Shown: piece after piece, positions 1 through 12,060 of the stretch
Numbering within the stretch: the first letter of the stretch is position 1
Layout: every line of letters starts with the position of its first letter
Source of the DNA: Vicugna vicugna
Lineage: Eukaryota
Direction: 5' to 3'
Assembly (NCBI GenBank): GCA_013265495.1
Contig: MU058384.1
Span: forward strand, 6,258,792-6,322,791
DNA: 64,000 bases
Notes under the pieces: model-generated
What the model saw: the letters and a program-made list of their open reading frames with translations, nothing else
What the model was told of the DNA's origin: nothing
Databases searched by the model: none
Made by a program: the position numbers and the translations under genes

Positions 1-1599
1 GCTCCAATTAGGGCAAGGGTTATTTTCTCATTTTGTTCATTGTTTTTTTCCTCTACATTCAGAATTGTGCAGGGTACTTGGTGAGCGCTAAGGATGAACA
101 ATAAAATAGGGATGGGACAAATGGCAAATGCTGATGAACTGATTTGAGTTACTTGGAGTCAAGTGTACTCTGGTTCAGCAAACACTGCTTGAGTATCCAC
201 TATGTTCTAGGGACACTTCTAGGAATCCACAGATTATCTTTCGAGAGCGGGGAGGTAAGTGGGAGAGCAAGGCGACAGGTGGAGGGAGGCGAGGATCAGG
301 TCTCTGATGTGAATGTGTGTGGAAGGTTTCATAGCTGCATGTGCAGCGTTAGATCTCCCAGATGAGTGAGGTGCGTGTGCGTGTGTGTGAGCAGGTGCAA
401 GGGGTGAGGAGGAAGATGCTCTGCATGGATACAGAAAACCACTGTGGAAGAAAAAAACACAATAAAGAGACTTGGTCAACTTAGATCATGTGAAAGTCGT
501 GGGCATGGCACTACCAGGTACCAATTCCCATTCTCTGGGAGAAGCACATCAGGTAGCAACGGCAGGCCATCTTAAACCCACCCATTCCGTATCAGGAGCC
601 AAGAAACCCTTGTCCCTGCTGCAGCCCTGAGCCAGTTTCTCCCCTGGCAGTTAGGCTAGGAGATGGAGATGCTCTCTGCCCCACGGTGCCTATGTCACTG
701 ATGAGGTGAACAGAGAGTCCCAGAAGAAGGCCCTCACTAACCCATTCCACCAGACCTCGTCAGAACTGGGCTCTGCTGCAGAGAAAAGGTAATGCAGGCA
801 GAGGACCCCTGACAATAAGGATCAGGGAAATGGGCCGTGGATAATGGGAACTGTTCTTGCAATTGGCCAGTGACCTCATGCCTGTCCCTGAGGCCAGCCT
901 GAATGCTTGTAGTGCAAGTGACCTGCCTGCCAGAGTGACCTCAGGCCTTGCAGGAACAGCAAATAAAGCCCTGGACACACTGTTCTCTGGACACTTTTAT
1001 AGTCCTTCCTTTCCAGGGCTTCCTTAAGCTCCAGTCCTGCAGCTCTGGCCCTCCCCTCACTATCAGTCTAACAGATTATTCAGATAAAACAGTCTCCCCA
1101 CCCAAGAAATGTTAGTAAATATTTTCTAAACGTATCTGTAAAGAATTTCTCTAAATTTAGGCTTCCAGAGTACTCCCAACCTACGTCGAAAACAAGGAGA
1201 AAAAACCCCAATGAATTCTCCAAGCATTATTTGAATAATACAGGACTCAAGTTTCTGCTAGATCAGTTACAAACCAAGGTTAATGAGGCAGGAAATTATT
1301 CCCCTCCAGCGAGCAGAAGAATAAAGCCATCAGGCCACAATCAAAACATCTACTGCCATTAATTATACCAAGAAATATACAGACTCTTTTCTAAGGGAAA
1401 AACTCTACTAATAAGGATCAAACATTTTACTGGGTGAATGAATGAGCATTCTTCAATGCTAGAATGAATTTAAGAAAGGAAAGCATTAGCATAATATACC
1501 AAACAAAGAAGGTTCTTTATGAAAATGATGGAATTGCGGAGTCTCGAGGGATGTTCAAAGCCCTCGAATGCAAAAATACCACTCTACGTGCAAGGCTGT

Positions 1600-1795
1600 G
1601 AGTGCAGCGTTAAGGGCCTGTACCACAGGCTGAAACCTGGGGTTTAAACTCCATCTCTACCCATTCACCAGTCACTGGACGTTAGGCTCAAAAATGCAGG
1701 TAATGATACCCACTGGAGGGTTACTGAGTGAATTAAGAACACACACAAATTGCACAGAATTTGGCACACAGTGTATCTTAAGTGTTAGTTCTTAC
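1600..1795 (+). mobile_element. MIR SINE fragment
   Basis: MIR-like motifs: cctggggtttaaactccatctctacc, aaaatgcaggtaatgatacc, tggcacacagtg..taagtgttag. Approximate bounds. Confidence 0.6.
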
Positions 1796-2802
1796 TACAG
1801 TCACTTCTACAATACTGTCGATAAATGCCTGATTTGTCTGTTTGAAAATCTGCAGTATTAAGAAAATCATTCTAAGAGAGCCCATTTCATTTCAGTTCAC
1901 TCTTATTAGTAGTAAGTCTTTTATACATGCTTTCTATGCAACTTTGGTCCTGGAAGAAATTAACCCATTGACATGGTTCAAATATCAGAGAGGGATGTCC
2001 TGACTCAGAGCCTTTATAGACACAAAATACAGCAAATACGGCAGAAATATTACAACTGTTACACTGGATCCATTGGTGTAGCCTGAAGAGGATACTAGCT
2101 TTGCTATCAGACACTTGACAGTATAAACATACGCTGAAACCCAGCCAACCAAACCCCTGTGATTTATCCCCTGTGATGCTTTAGAGCTCGGTTATCTCTC
2201 AGCCACAACACAGGCAGCTGGCATTTGGAACCTCAGTGAACAGCTTTTCATGTGTCCTCCTTAAATGCTCTCTTGTCGGATTGAGCCCATTGTTTCAGCC
2301 TGTCCTCTTAGATTCTGATTCTGCCGTTCAATGTTTTCTTTCCCTGTGCCGTGACACCCATAAGCTTCCTTGGTGTGCACTCATTGCCAAATCACAGTAA
2401 ACATGTGGCCCAGGCCAATGTCAAGGACAGGTCTTGCAGAGGGCTCTAGAGTTATACCTCTAGCGCTGTATCACTGGGAAATAGTCGTTGAGCAAATGGT
2501 AGTATTATCATTCAGTCTCTACTTTTCTATCTTTTCCTCATAAATATATCAAGAGCCTTTGAGACACATTGTTGAAGTTTGTAAGTACTAAGTATAATGC
2601 ATGCCTTTGTTCCTTCTTTCTGGTATTGCTGTCACAGAAAAACCTCTGAGGCTATTCTGGTATGGCTTTTGCTTAGAGGACTTAGGCTGAATTCTCATGA
2701 TCATAGCCCTCTTTCTAATGATTTACATTTAATTATCTAAGAACATAATTTAATTTTTTTGAGATTGACTTAGAATGTAATTTTAGAATCAACAATCCAC
2801 AA

Positions 2803-2956
2803 GGGGGAGGGTATAGTTCAGTTGTAGAGCTGCTACTTAGCATGCACAAGGTCTTGGGTTCAATCCCCAGTACCTCCGTTTAAAACAAATAAACAAACAA
2901 ACAAATAAATTAAATAAACCTAATTACCTCCCCCTACCCCAGGAAAAAAAAAAAAA
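2803..2956 (+). mobile_element. Camelid tRNA-derived SINE (vic-1/SINE1_Vpa-like), long form
   Basis: GGGGGAGGGTATAGTTCAGTTGTAGAG (A box) ... GGGTTCAATCCCCAGTACCTCC (B box), then A-rich AATAAA segment, CCTAATTACCTCCCCC and poly(A). Degenerate TSD aatccacaag/agtccataag. Confidence 0.9.
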
Positions 2957-4874
2957 GTCCATAAGAAGTTCACTGGTCTAAAGTTTACTGTATATCATCC
3001 AAAGAAACAATGACAAAACGATTTCTCAAGCAAATCTGATGCTGAAATACACAAGAGGTGTGTGCTTTATTAGATAACGCTATAGATTAGAAATCAGGAA
3101 CATGAATCTAAGTCTACGGTCTACTACGTAGAAAAAGTTAATGGGCGTGTGTGTAGATGGTTTTCCAAATATCTTCTCAGGTTTTCAGGCCTCTCTAAAT
3201 AACACTGCGCGTCTTCCACAGACTGGCGTTATGTACTCTCTTCCTTTCTGTGCCAAGACATTCTGTATCTTTATGAGGTTACTCAACCCATTCACTTTGA
3301 ACGCAAGGAAGTTAGCACCTGCCACGGGGGATCAGAATGTGAAATATGAGGAGAGAGCCCTGTGATAAGTGCCTGACCTTAGCAAACAAAAATAAAACCT
3401 CTAAGAAAGCGATGAAGAAAATGCAATAATATACCGATATCCCAGCCAGAGTGCTGTGTGGCTCTTCACATAAGCAATTAAAGCTCCACTCCGCAGGAAG
3501 CAGGGGTTGAGGATGTGTGATCCACAGGACAGCAGTGCCAGGAGACGTCAGGGAACTCCCCCACTGCCCCATCCTGATGACCGCGCCCCATCCTGATGAC
3601 CCCATAACATGACAGTCTCCATTAAAAAAAAAAAAAAAGTCAACCAGCCATCTTAGTGATAGGAACCTGGGGCCCATTTCTCATCTGACGTAATACTTTG
3701 CAGAGCAGGTCCAAACACAATGCAGGGCCCTTGAAGTCAGCCGGAGCTCAGCACTCTGATCCATGCCAAAGAGCAAGATGAGAAATGGGGCTGGTATAAA
3801 TATTCATTGGGAAGTTACAGCCAACCTCCTTGTGCTATGTGCTTAGTGCAACTCAAAACTGCTCCACCTGGTCCCTTCTGGCTCCCTCCTGTCTACCAGG
3901 GGCTGGCAGCTGGAAGGCAGGCTGAGCCTTACAGATCTTTTAATTTGCTGTAGCACCAGAGGGGCAGGCAGGAGGAATGACAATGCTTATGCTGGGATTC
4001 AATTACAGAGCTGTCTTTCTCCCAGGTGGGAGGCAACTTTTGACTGCAGAGAATTCAATGCTTCATCTGTTAAGGTCCTTTAGGAAATGACTGGTGGTTT
4101 GCAAAAGCTAGGGGTGTGGAATAATGCACGAAGGTCAGCCCTCAAGACAAAAAAATCTTGGCAAAAAATATCAAGCAAATCGAATGATATTTTGTCAGCC
4201 TCACGTGCAATCTTAACTTTTCTCTTGTTTTCCAAAGCAAAAACATTTTCTAACTTCTGCCCGGAAAATACAGATGGCTGCCCCTAAATTCTGAAAGAAG
4301 TTGCTGAGTAGCCTATAAAACGTAGAATGTGTGAAGCTTTGAGATCACCGTCCCGTGAGTCTCACTGCCAAAAAGATTTTTAAATACTGCACAAAGTGAG
4401 ATGTGTTCCAACCACGAACATTTAAGGGGAACACATGATGTTGCGAATTTAAAGCACTGTACAGTTCCTAAAAGCTTGACAGAAATACCTACAATGTCAT
4501 TCTTTCTCTACAATAAAATGGCAAAATGTCCTTATGTTTTAGGACACGAAAGTCAACAATTTGTTGTAATTTGTGGGTGGTAAAGGAGGCAAGTGTGCTT
4601 CTTATTTCATCTGCTACAAAGCAAGGGTCACCAAATACATAAGTAAGGTTGAATGTTGTCTACTGGATTATTTCTGTGTGAATAGTTACTATGCTAATAA
4701 TTACAAAGCAATATTATCCTTACTTATTAGAGTAGATCTGTTAGAGCTATTACTTGGATGACCTTCCTAGGTGGGTAGCTTCATTTTCAACCTATTACTT
4801 AAAAGGAAAAAAAGGAAGTTGCATTGGTTTTTAGCTTTAACTCTCAATTTCGCAATTGCCCTCGTATAGCCAAT

Positions 4875-5543
4875 TCTCCCCATAGTAGTGAGAGCAATCT
4901 TTGCAGTAACTGACTCAAACTACATTCGTCTCCTGCTCAAAACTCTGTAATGCCTTTCCATCCCTCTTAGAGTAACTCCCAAATTCCTCATCTGGACTCT
5001 CAGAGCATTTCCACAGGTGAAACACCAATGCGCCATTTCTCTGACCTCGGGTCCCAAGTGATTCCCAAGTTGATTCAGTGATGGCACTCCCCCGGCCCAC
5101 GGCACGGCCTCTCCCCAACCCTGACCTGCCCATCTTCAAACACCCCCAACAGGCTGCCAGGACAGGGCCTCAGCACTCGATGTTCCCTTGCCCCGGAACA
5201 CAGTTCCCCCAGCCATCCTCCCTGTCCCACTTCTCTGTTCATACATCCCCTATTCAGGGAGACTTTCCCTGACTCCCTATAAAACAGCAGCAACCCGACC
5301 CAGTAATTACCCACTCTCCAGTTTATACAATCATTATGCCATGTAGAAAACTGCTTCATTCTTCTTCAAGGCAATTATCTCCCCTGACCTCGTATGTATT
5401 AATTTATTACTTAACTGTCTCTCCCTCTAGAATGTATGCTCCAGGAAAACAGGGGAGCTTTTCGTTCATTGCTGTATTTATAGGGCCTAGGTCAGTGGCT
5501 GGCAAACAACGTGTTCAATTAATAGTTGCTGAATGTGTGAATA
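4875..5543 (+). mobile_element. L2 LINE 3' fragment
   Basis: L2-type motifs ctcctgctcaaaactct, tgtctctccctctagaatgtatgctcc, and 3' end tcaattaatagttgctgaatgtgtgaat. Approximate bounds. Confidence 0.7.
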
Positions 5544-5898
5544 AATTTCCCAGTAACTTCAAATGATAGATCTAGTTAGTCCTTGTTATCTCGGCTTGTT
5601 CACATATCTCAGTGTTACTCGTTTTCTGCAGCACAGTTTTATGGTTTTTTAGAACCAGTTCTCTGATAATTAAAAAAAACATGATTCATATATAAAGAAT
5701 TTTATAATTTGATTGACAGAGAATCTCTATTTTTTCATCCTTAAATTTGAAGACTAGAACAATTTAATAATTATTTAACAAGTGCCTAGGATGTATCAGG
5801 CACTTTGCTTTCTACAGTTAGTAAAAACACAGTTTCACTTGAAATTAAACATTTTCTTGTACTCTTTACAAAAATCCAAATGTTAGCTTAAGACCAAG

Positions 5899-6242
5899 TG
5901 TCTTAGCATGCTCAGGCTGCTGCAGGCTTACAAACGACAGAAATTTATTGCTCACAGTTCTGGAAGCTGGGACTTCCAAGATCAAGGTGCCAGTGGAGCT
6001 GAGCTCTGTGCTGAGGGCCCTCTTCCTGGCTCACGGCTAGAATTTCCCACTGTCCTCACCTGAAGGAAGGTGCAAGGGAGCTTTCTGGGACCTCTTTTAT
6101 AAGGGCACTAATCTCAGTCAGGAGGGCTCCACCCTCACGATCTAAGCACCTCTCAAAGGCCCATCAACCAATACTATCATCTTTGTGGGTTAGGATTTCA
6201 ACATATGAATTTTGAGGGGTCACAAATACTCAGACCATAGCA
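5899..6242 (-). mobile_element. MLT1A-type ERVL-MaLR solo LTR
   Basis: TG...CA termini (tgtcttag ... cagaccatagca) with typical aaatttattgctcacagttctggaagctgg and taggatttcaacatatgaatttt. Perfect 5-bp TSD CCAAG at 5894-5898 and 6243-6247. Confidence 0.88.
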
Positions 6243-6924
6243 CCAAGCAGAGGTGGAAAGTAAAAATAATCTATTTTCAGTCCCCACATAAATATTGTTT
6301 GAAGCCTCCGTAGAGTCTAACATTTAAAATCTCTTCTAAACACACACATACACACACACACCTAAAATACAAATATTATTTTCTTATTTAAAATATTTCT
6401 GAAATTCACCAACTCTGTGAGATTAAAAACAAACAAACAAAAAAGCCCAGAGCTTTCTTTTTTCCTCCCCTCCTACAAAGTGATGAGAACTCAAGAGGCT
6501 TGACAAGTTGACTAAGTTCACACAACTGGTCACTGGAACAGCCGTCAACAGAATCTAGCCAGGAGCCAGGGAATAGATGTTGAAACATTTAACTGATGGT
6601 TTGCCAAAAACAAACAAACAAACAAAAAACCACCACTACTCTTACTATTTCCCCCCTCTAGCTACTATATTATCATTACCCTCCCTTTTAAAACCCAGAA
6701 TCTTCAAACCTGAGTCAACGCTTCATATTCTCCCTCACCTCACAGACCCCCTCTCTCCATCCCAATCAGTTTCCAGAGTCTGTCTAAAGTCATCTCCTTC
6801 TGATTACTACTCTAGTGGGCTGTTCGGTTTCTTCTTTAAGTCTTAGTTTGGCCCCTCTTTGGTATTTCACATTGTTAATGACTTCTTCTCAAGCTTCCTT
6901 CCTCCTAGGTTTACCTAATACTTC

Positions 6925-7514
6925 TGTAGTCCTGTTGCTTGGTTATGGGTTCACCATTTTTCCACTTCCTTTTACCTAAAAGAATCTTAATTTGTGTTCA
7001 GGTATTCATCTCCTACCAGCAAAGCTCAGTGTCTCAGGGAAAGCTAAATCGACTCTCAGCTCCAGGACAAGGTAACCTAATTCCTCCTCCAAGTTAGTGA
7101 CTGTTTGAGGAATCATTAGCTAACCAACCATATTTGTGCCAGCAGGACCCAAGGACTACTGTGCTGGAGATTTGTGGGAAAGTTCTTCTTCACACAGGAG
7201 AGCTTCTGATCCAAACTGCTTCTTCAAAGTGCTGGATGTGAAGGAGGGAGCATGCAGTGCTGGTTTCTACCACCAGTCACCCTATCACCAGAGGAGAAAC
7301 AGACTTAGGGCAAATCCCAAACTGCGGAAGGCAGAGCAGCAGGAGACAAAGGAAAGTGATTTCTCCATGAAGGTACTGAGCTCCTGGATCAACCACTCTG
7401 AGGCCATTCTACCCCTGGAATTCTAGTTATGTGAACCAATAAATTACCTTATTGTTTAAAGCTAAGTGAGTCAGCTTCTCTATTACTTGCACTTGAAACC
7501 ATCTTAACTGATAC
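6925..7514 (+). mobile_element. Old MLT1 (J/K/L-like) LTR, apparently inserted within an L2 remnant
   Basis: 3' end gttatgtgaaccaataaattaccttattgtttaaagc...tattacttgcacttgaaaccatcttaactgataca is typical of old MLT1 LTRs. 5' boundary uncertain. Confidence 0.6.
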
Positions 7515-8260
7515 AACTACTCTTTCCTGGTTTCTTGACGTCACACCTGGCCATGAATTTTCAGTCTTCTTTGTGGGTCATTCTTGTCCTCTTAACCTTT
7601 CATTGTTCGTAATCTTGAAGCCTCAGCCCTCATCTCATCTCACACACGTAAACACCCTTCTGGGGAATTTCCACACATATTTACGTCTTTAACAACTATT
7701 TTTTGTTAATCAATTCAAAATCCCTCCCTCCTCAGCCCTCAAATCTCTTCTAAGCACCTGATCTTATCTGCAATGGTCTTCAACAGGATCTTTCACAGAC
7801 GCATATATCCACAGCTAAACTCATCATCCTCCCTTTCAAACCTACTCATACTCTTATCTGTAACTATACTAGTAATTATACTGTTTAAAACTCAGATCAG
7901 AACCCTAGGCAATAGCCTCAAGCCTTCAGTCTTTACAAAGTTCACCAAATACTCTCAGGGCTTCTGCCTAGATTCCAAAATATTCACTACTTTTCCTCTT
8001 AATCAGTACTTAAATTAAGTCTTCCTAATTCTTCACCTAATCTTTCCTACAAGCCGTACTTACCACACAGAATCTTAGTTTTACTCATTTTTAAGTGCAT
8101 ACCAAGTGGTAGGTGCTCTGATCACGCCTTGATGAATGAACAAATAGCTTCCTGATTTTCCTATCTTTTCTCCAAATCATCCGCCAGACAAGCATCAGAA
8201 TTACTTTCCTCAAATACAACTATAACTGTGTCACCTCTCTTCTTAAATCCCCTACCCTCT
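7515..8260 (+). mobile_element. L2 LINE internal remnant
   Basis: Pyrimidine-rich degenerate L2-like sequence (cctcagccctcatctcatctc, tgtgtcacctctcttcttaaatcc). Approximate. Confidence 0.5.
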
Positions 8261-9394
8261 CTTGACCAAAAAAAAAAGGGCGGGGGTTCTTCAGTGGTCT
8301 AGGTTCAAACATTTAGCGAATACGTACGTACTACATGTCAGATTCTGGGAAAGGGGCTTTGAACGAGTGAGTTATGTTTTTCTTCTTTTAACAACTGCAT
8401 AATTTAGGAAAAAGTTGGTAGACGACCTTAGCCATGGCAAATACAAGTATCTTGGATTCTACTCTGAATCCACAACCTGCATCTATTTACTCTGAGCCAG
8501 AATATTCTCATAGCATTTTTATGCTCTATATAGATCTGTACTAGAACGATCTTGAGTTAATTTCATCTTATATTAATGCATTAGAATTCCAGAAAATAGA
8601 TGACTAATTGACATTGTCAGGTACAGATTATCACTATTTTTCAGAAGCTTCTCTAAAATTCAGAATTTACATACTATATTATAGGTAAATTAACATGGTG
8701 ATTTGCTGGTTTTGTGATTCCACTTGAATACACATCTGTTTATAAATGCCATTCACTTTGAAGTGTTTTGCAGTGGGTTATTACACCTGTAAAGACTGAC
8801 TACGACACAGTTGGGACCTGGGTGCTACAGACTAGAAACACCAAGAGTCCACAGGAGACGTGACTTGGTCACACAGATGCAACTTCATTTCAGCAAGACA
8901 TAAATTATTAGTACGATTCAGACAGATGGACAGGGTACCCTGGGGAGAGGATAAACTTGGAAACAGTATGGGTTGGGAAGGGGGAAGAATAGATTAACTA
9001 AAGTGGAGAATGTATGCTGGAGAAGAGAAAAAAGTTTGATTATTAGAATAGCTAGAACTTTGGAAAGCCTGGCACTGGAATCTGAGAGGGGGCACTGTAA
9101 TTAAAGCACTTACTGTAGGAGATTAGTCTAGCTAATCTGTGTCAGTATGGTTTAGAAGAGAGGGAGAACTTACTGACATACTCTGGTTTGGACGCTGATG
9201 CCAGCAATTCAGGCAGGAAGTTAAATGGTTTAAGACTAAGGTGGTGATGACAGGACTGAAAACAAGTGAAAGGCATTAAGCACATTTTGGCTGAAAAATT
9301 ACAACTTGATCAGACATTTAAGTCAGACATTCATTTATTCGTCTGTCTGAAGCACCACAAGTTGAGTCATTCCTATTTCTCGAGCACCCCTAAC

Positions 9395-10270
9395 TTATTT
9401 ATTGAGCACCTGCTATGGAACTGACATTCTACCTGTTACTAGATTCAAAAGGGAAAAACAGCCACAGCCACAGCCCCCACACTCTTGTGACTGTGGTCAC
9501 AGTCTAGTAAGGAAGACGTAATGACAGCACAGCACAAGGGCAGTGTTACGGACATCAGCAGCAGAGATGGAAAGTGATGAATGTTGTCACCTTTTGTGTA
9601 AACGTATATGCATGTGTGTGCAGAGATAAAAGAAGGCTTCAAGACTGAGTTCTGAGTGTTCCCCATCCCCCACCACTCACCCCACTGCTGGTCACAGTTG
9701 GTGAGGGATTTCAGAAGATAGGACAACAGGTTTATTCAAAGGCACGGGGGAAGGAAAGGACATAGTATGTTGAGATACATGTAAGTAATCAAATATTCCT
9801 GCATCGCAGAGATTAGGGAGCAGGTGATGAAGAGCACAGAGCTCCTCTCGTCTCTGCTGAGGGCTCTGAATTGTAGCTGGCTGGCAGGGAGGAGCAAATG
9901 GAGAACTGGGAGCAACTGTGCAGGGTGGTCAAAATTACGTTTTAGAAACGCTGTGATGAACACATGGAGGCTGAACTGGAGAGGGGAAAACTGGATTCAG
10001 GGTTGGGGGCGGGGGTAGAAGACAGACAACTGGTGTACTGAGGTAGGCAATGGGTAGAGATTAAACTAAAGCATGATGGGGCAATGCACTGGCGGTTAGT
10101 TGTGGAAGATGCTGGATTACCAGAACCCGGAAACTAATCAGACCTGAAGAGAGGGAAATTTCGGAGATAATTCAGGTTGTGAAGTGTCTGGGAGAAGGAT
10201 GGAACAACAGAGGGACAAAGAGGAGAGACTGTTTTCAGTGCAAGTGAGTTGATGTGCTGCTTTGAAGGAA
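9395..10270 (-). mobile_element. L2 LINE remnant
   Basis: Begins with tttattgagcacctgctatg (reverse L2 3' end), followed by purine-rich degenerate L2 body. Approximate. Confidence 0.55.
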
Positions 10271-10574
10271 AGGGAAGACGTCCAGATAAGCGGTGCGTGA
10301 CCTCCCGACACTGGGGTGAAGGAAAAGTATTACTGGTTTCGGTTCAGTTCAGCTGCCTCACGCTCTTTGACTTAGGTTTGCCAGCTTCATTTTCCTAATT
10401 AGCCTTTAGATTTGCCAACAGTTATCTAGTTCTTCCACCACATAATCACTCAGCACCTATACACGCCAGATACTGCCCCAGGTTCTGAATTGTAACAGGC
10501 ATTAATTCATATTTAATGTTTCATTTACGAGAAAATTTATGGATTTATATATTTTTCCCTAAAAAAGATCAGTC

Positions 10575-12060
10575 AGTTCAACAACTGGACACAACACAAA
10601 TGCTCATCGGGAAGCGAATGGACAAATGGTGGTACTGCCACCCAGCAGGCTACTCTCCTAATAATCAGGGAACTGCAGCTTTGAACAACAATGAAATACC
10701 GTATCAAACTCATCAGAATGGCAAAAGTTACAAAATCAGACAAGGTCACATGTCGGCTAGAGTGTGGTAAAATTTTAGGTAAGTCTCATGCTTCTGTTGG
10801 GAATGTAAATTGGTACAGCACATTTGGAAAGAAAGACTGAAATATCTAATAAAGTTGAAAATGTATTTATACCACCAGTGATTGCAGAACCAGTTTTCAA
10901 TTTTCCATTATTCTAGCTATTGGTGCCATCTTAAAATGCTGGAATACTTTTTTGGTGTATTTTGTGTAAATATTGGTATTTCAGACGTTCACAGCTTAGT
11001 TCATCCCTCTTAGATTTCTCTGGAATCCCTCTCTTTCCCCTGTCCTTCCTCTTTCTCCTCTCTGCAAACCCTCCAGTCACTTCACGGCCCCTGGAAACCC
11101 CTTGCATCTGACCAGCTCCTTTTCTCTTCCCCATCTCAACCTCCCTACTCTATGCCCACCCTTACACCCCAAAGAAGGCCATCTGACAAAGACACATCTC
11201 TCTGCTGGGATGGGGACAGTCTGTCAGCGGGCAAGGTGGGTGGGGGGAGGCCATGGTATCAAGGAAACAGCAGGAAGGTACTGCAGCCCTTACAGGGCCA
11301 ACCGTATCAGAAGAGGTCATTCCAAGGGCATCTGGCTGAGGTAACAACCCCCAGGATGCAGTAAAGCCAATAGCAGTGACAGAGATAGTTTTTAATTTTG
11401 TTAATTCACAGCTAGTAATTCTTACTGAGATGTTTTAGATATTTAGTGTCACAAAATCCTTTGATGCGCACACTCTGACACTTTAAAATACTGTTATTCA
11501 TACTTGTATTACATGATAAACACTGAGGTGCTAATATTGTCATTTGCTCTAATACAGCAAACACCATGCAGTCAAATTCCTCTTTTCTGTCTCAACTCCA
11601 GAAAATTTATCCTGTAACACTGTTTGTTTGTAAGAGTAAACAGTTAGAAATAATTTAAATGTCTATCTAGAAAAGAATGCATTGACGATTTGGGTTATAT
11701 AAATACAATAGAACACTATATAACGCTTATAATAAATGAGCTAGAGCTACAGATATTTACACGAATAAAGAACCTGAGAGAAAACAAAGTCACAAAACTA
11801 TGCAAATTGTTTTACAGTCACATGGAGTTTAAAAATTGGCAATGCATACTATATACTGCTTCTGAACTCATAAATATGTAGTAACATATAATGCATTTGC
11901 GGAAATGATAATTTCTAAATTCAGGATAGTACTTTCTCAAGGAGAGAGGACAGGTAGTAGCTCTAAAGAGTACACAAGGATCTTCAGCAGTGTCTGCCGT
12001 GTTTATTTTTATGATCCAAAGTGAGCATGAATTGATGCTAAGATCTCATATAAATAACGT
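10575..12060 (+). mobile_element. L1M (L1MC/ME-like) 3' fragments interrupted by an unassigned ~650-bp insert (~10877-11525)
   Basis: L1 3' motifs catcagaatggcaaaa, tgttgggaatgtaaattggtacagcacatttggaaa, ttagaaataatttaaatgtctatc, ataaatacaatagaacactata. The insert begins cagtg and ends aaacactg (hAT-like ends, unverified). Confidence 0.55.

Noticed and set aside
2803..2878. tRNA-like heads of the SINE copies as true tRNA genes
   Set aside because: They have A-rich tails, TSDs and broken stems, so they are SINE copies, not tRNAs.
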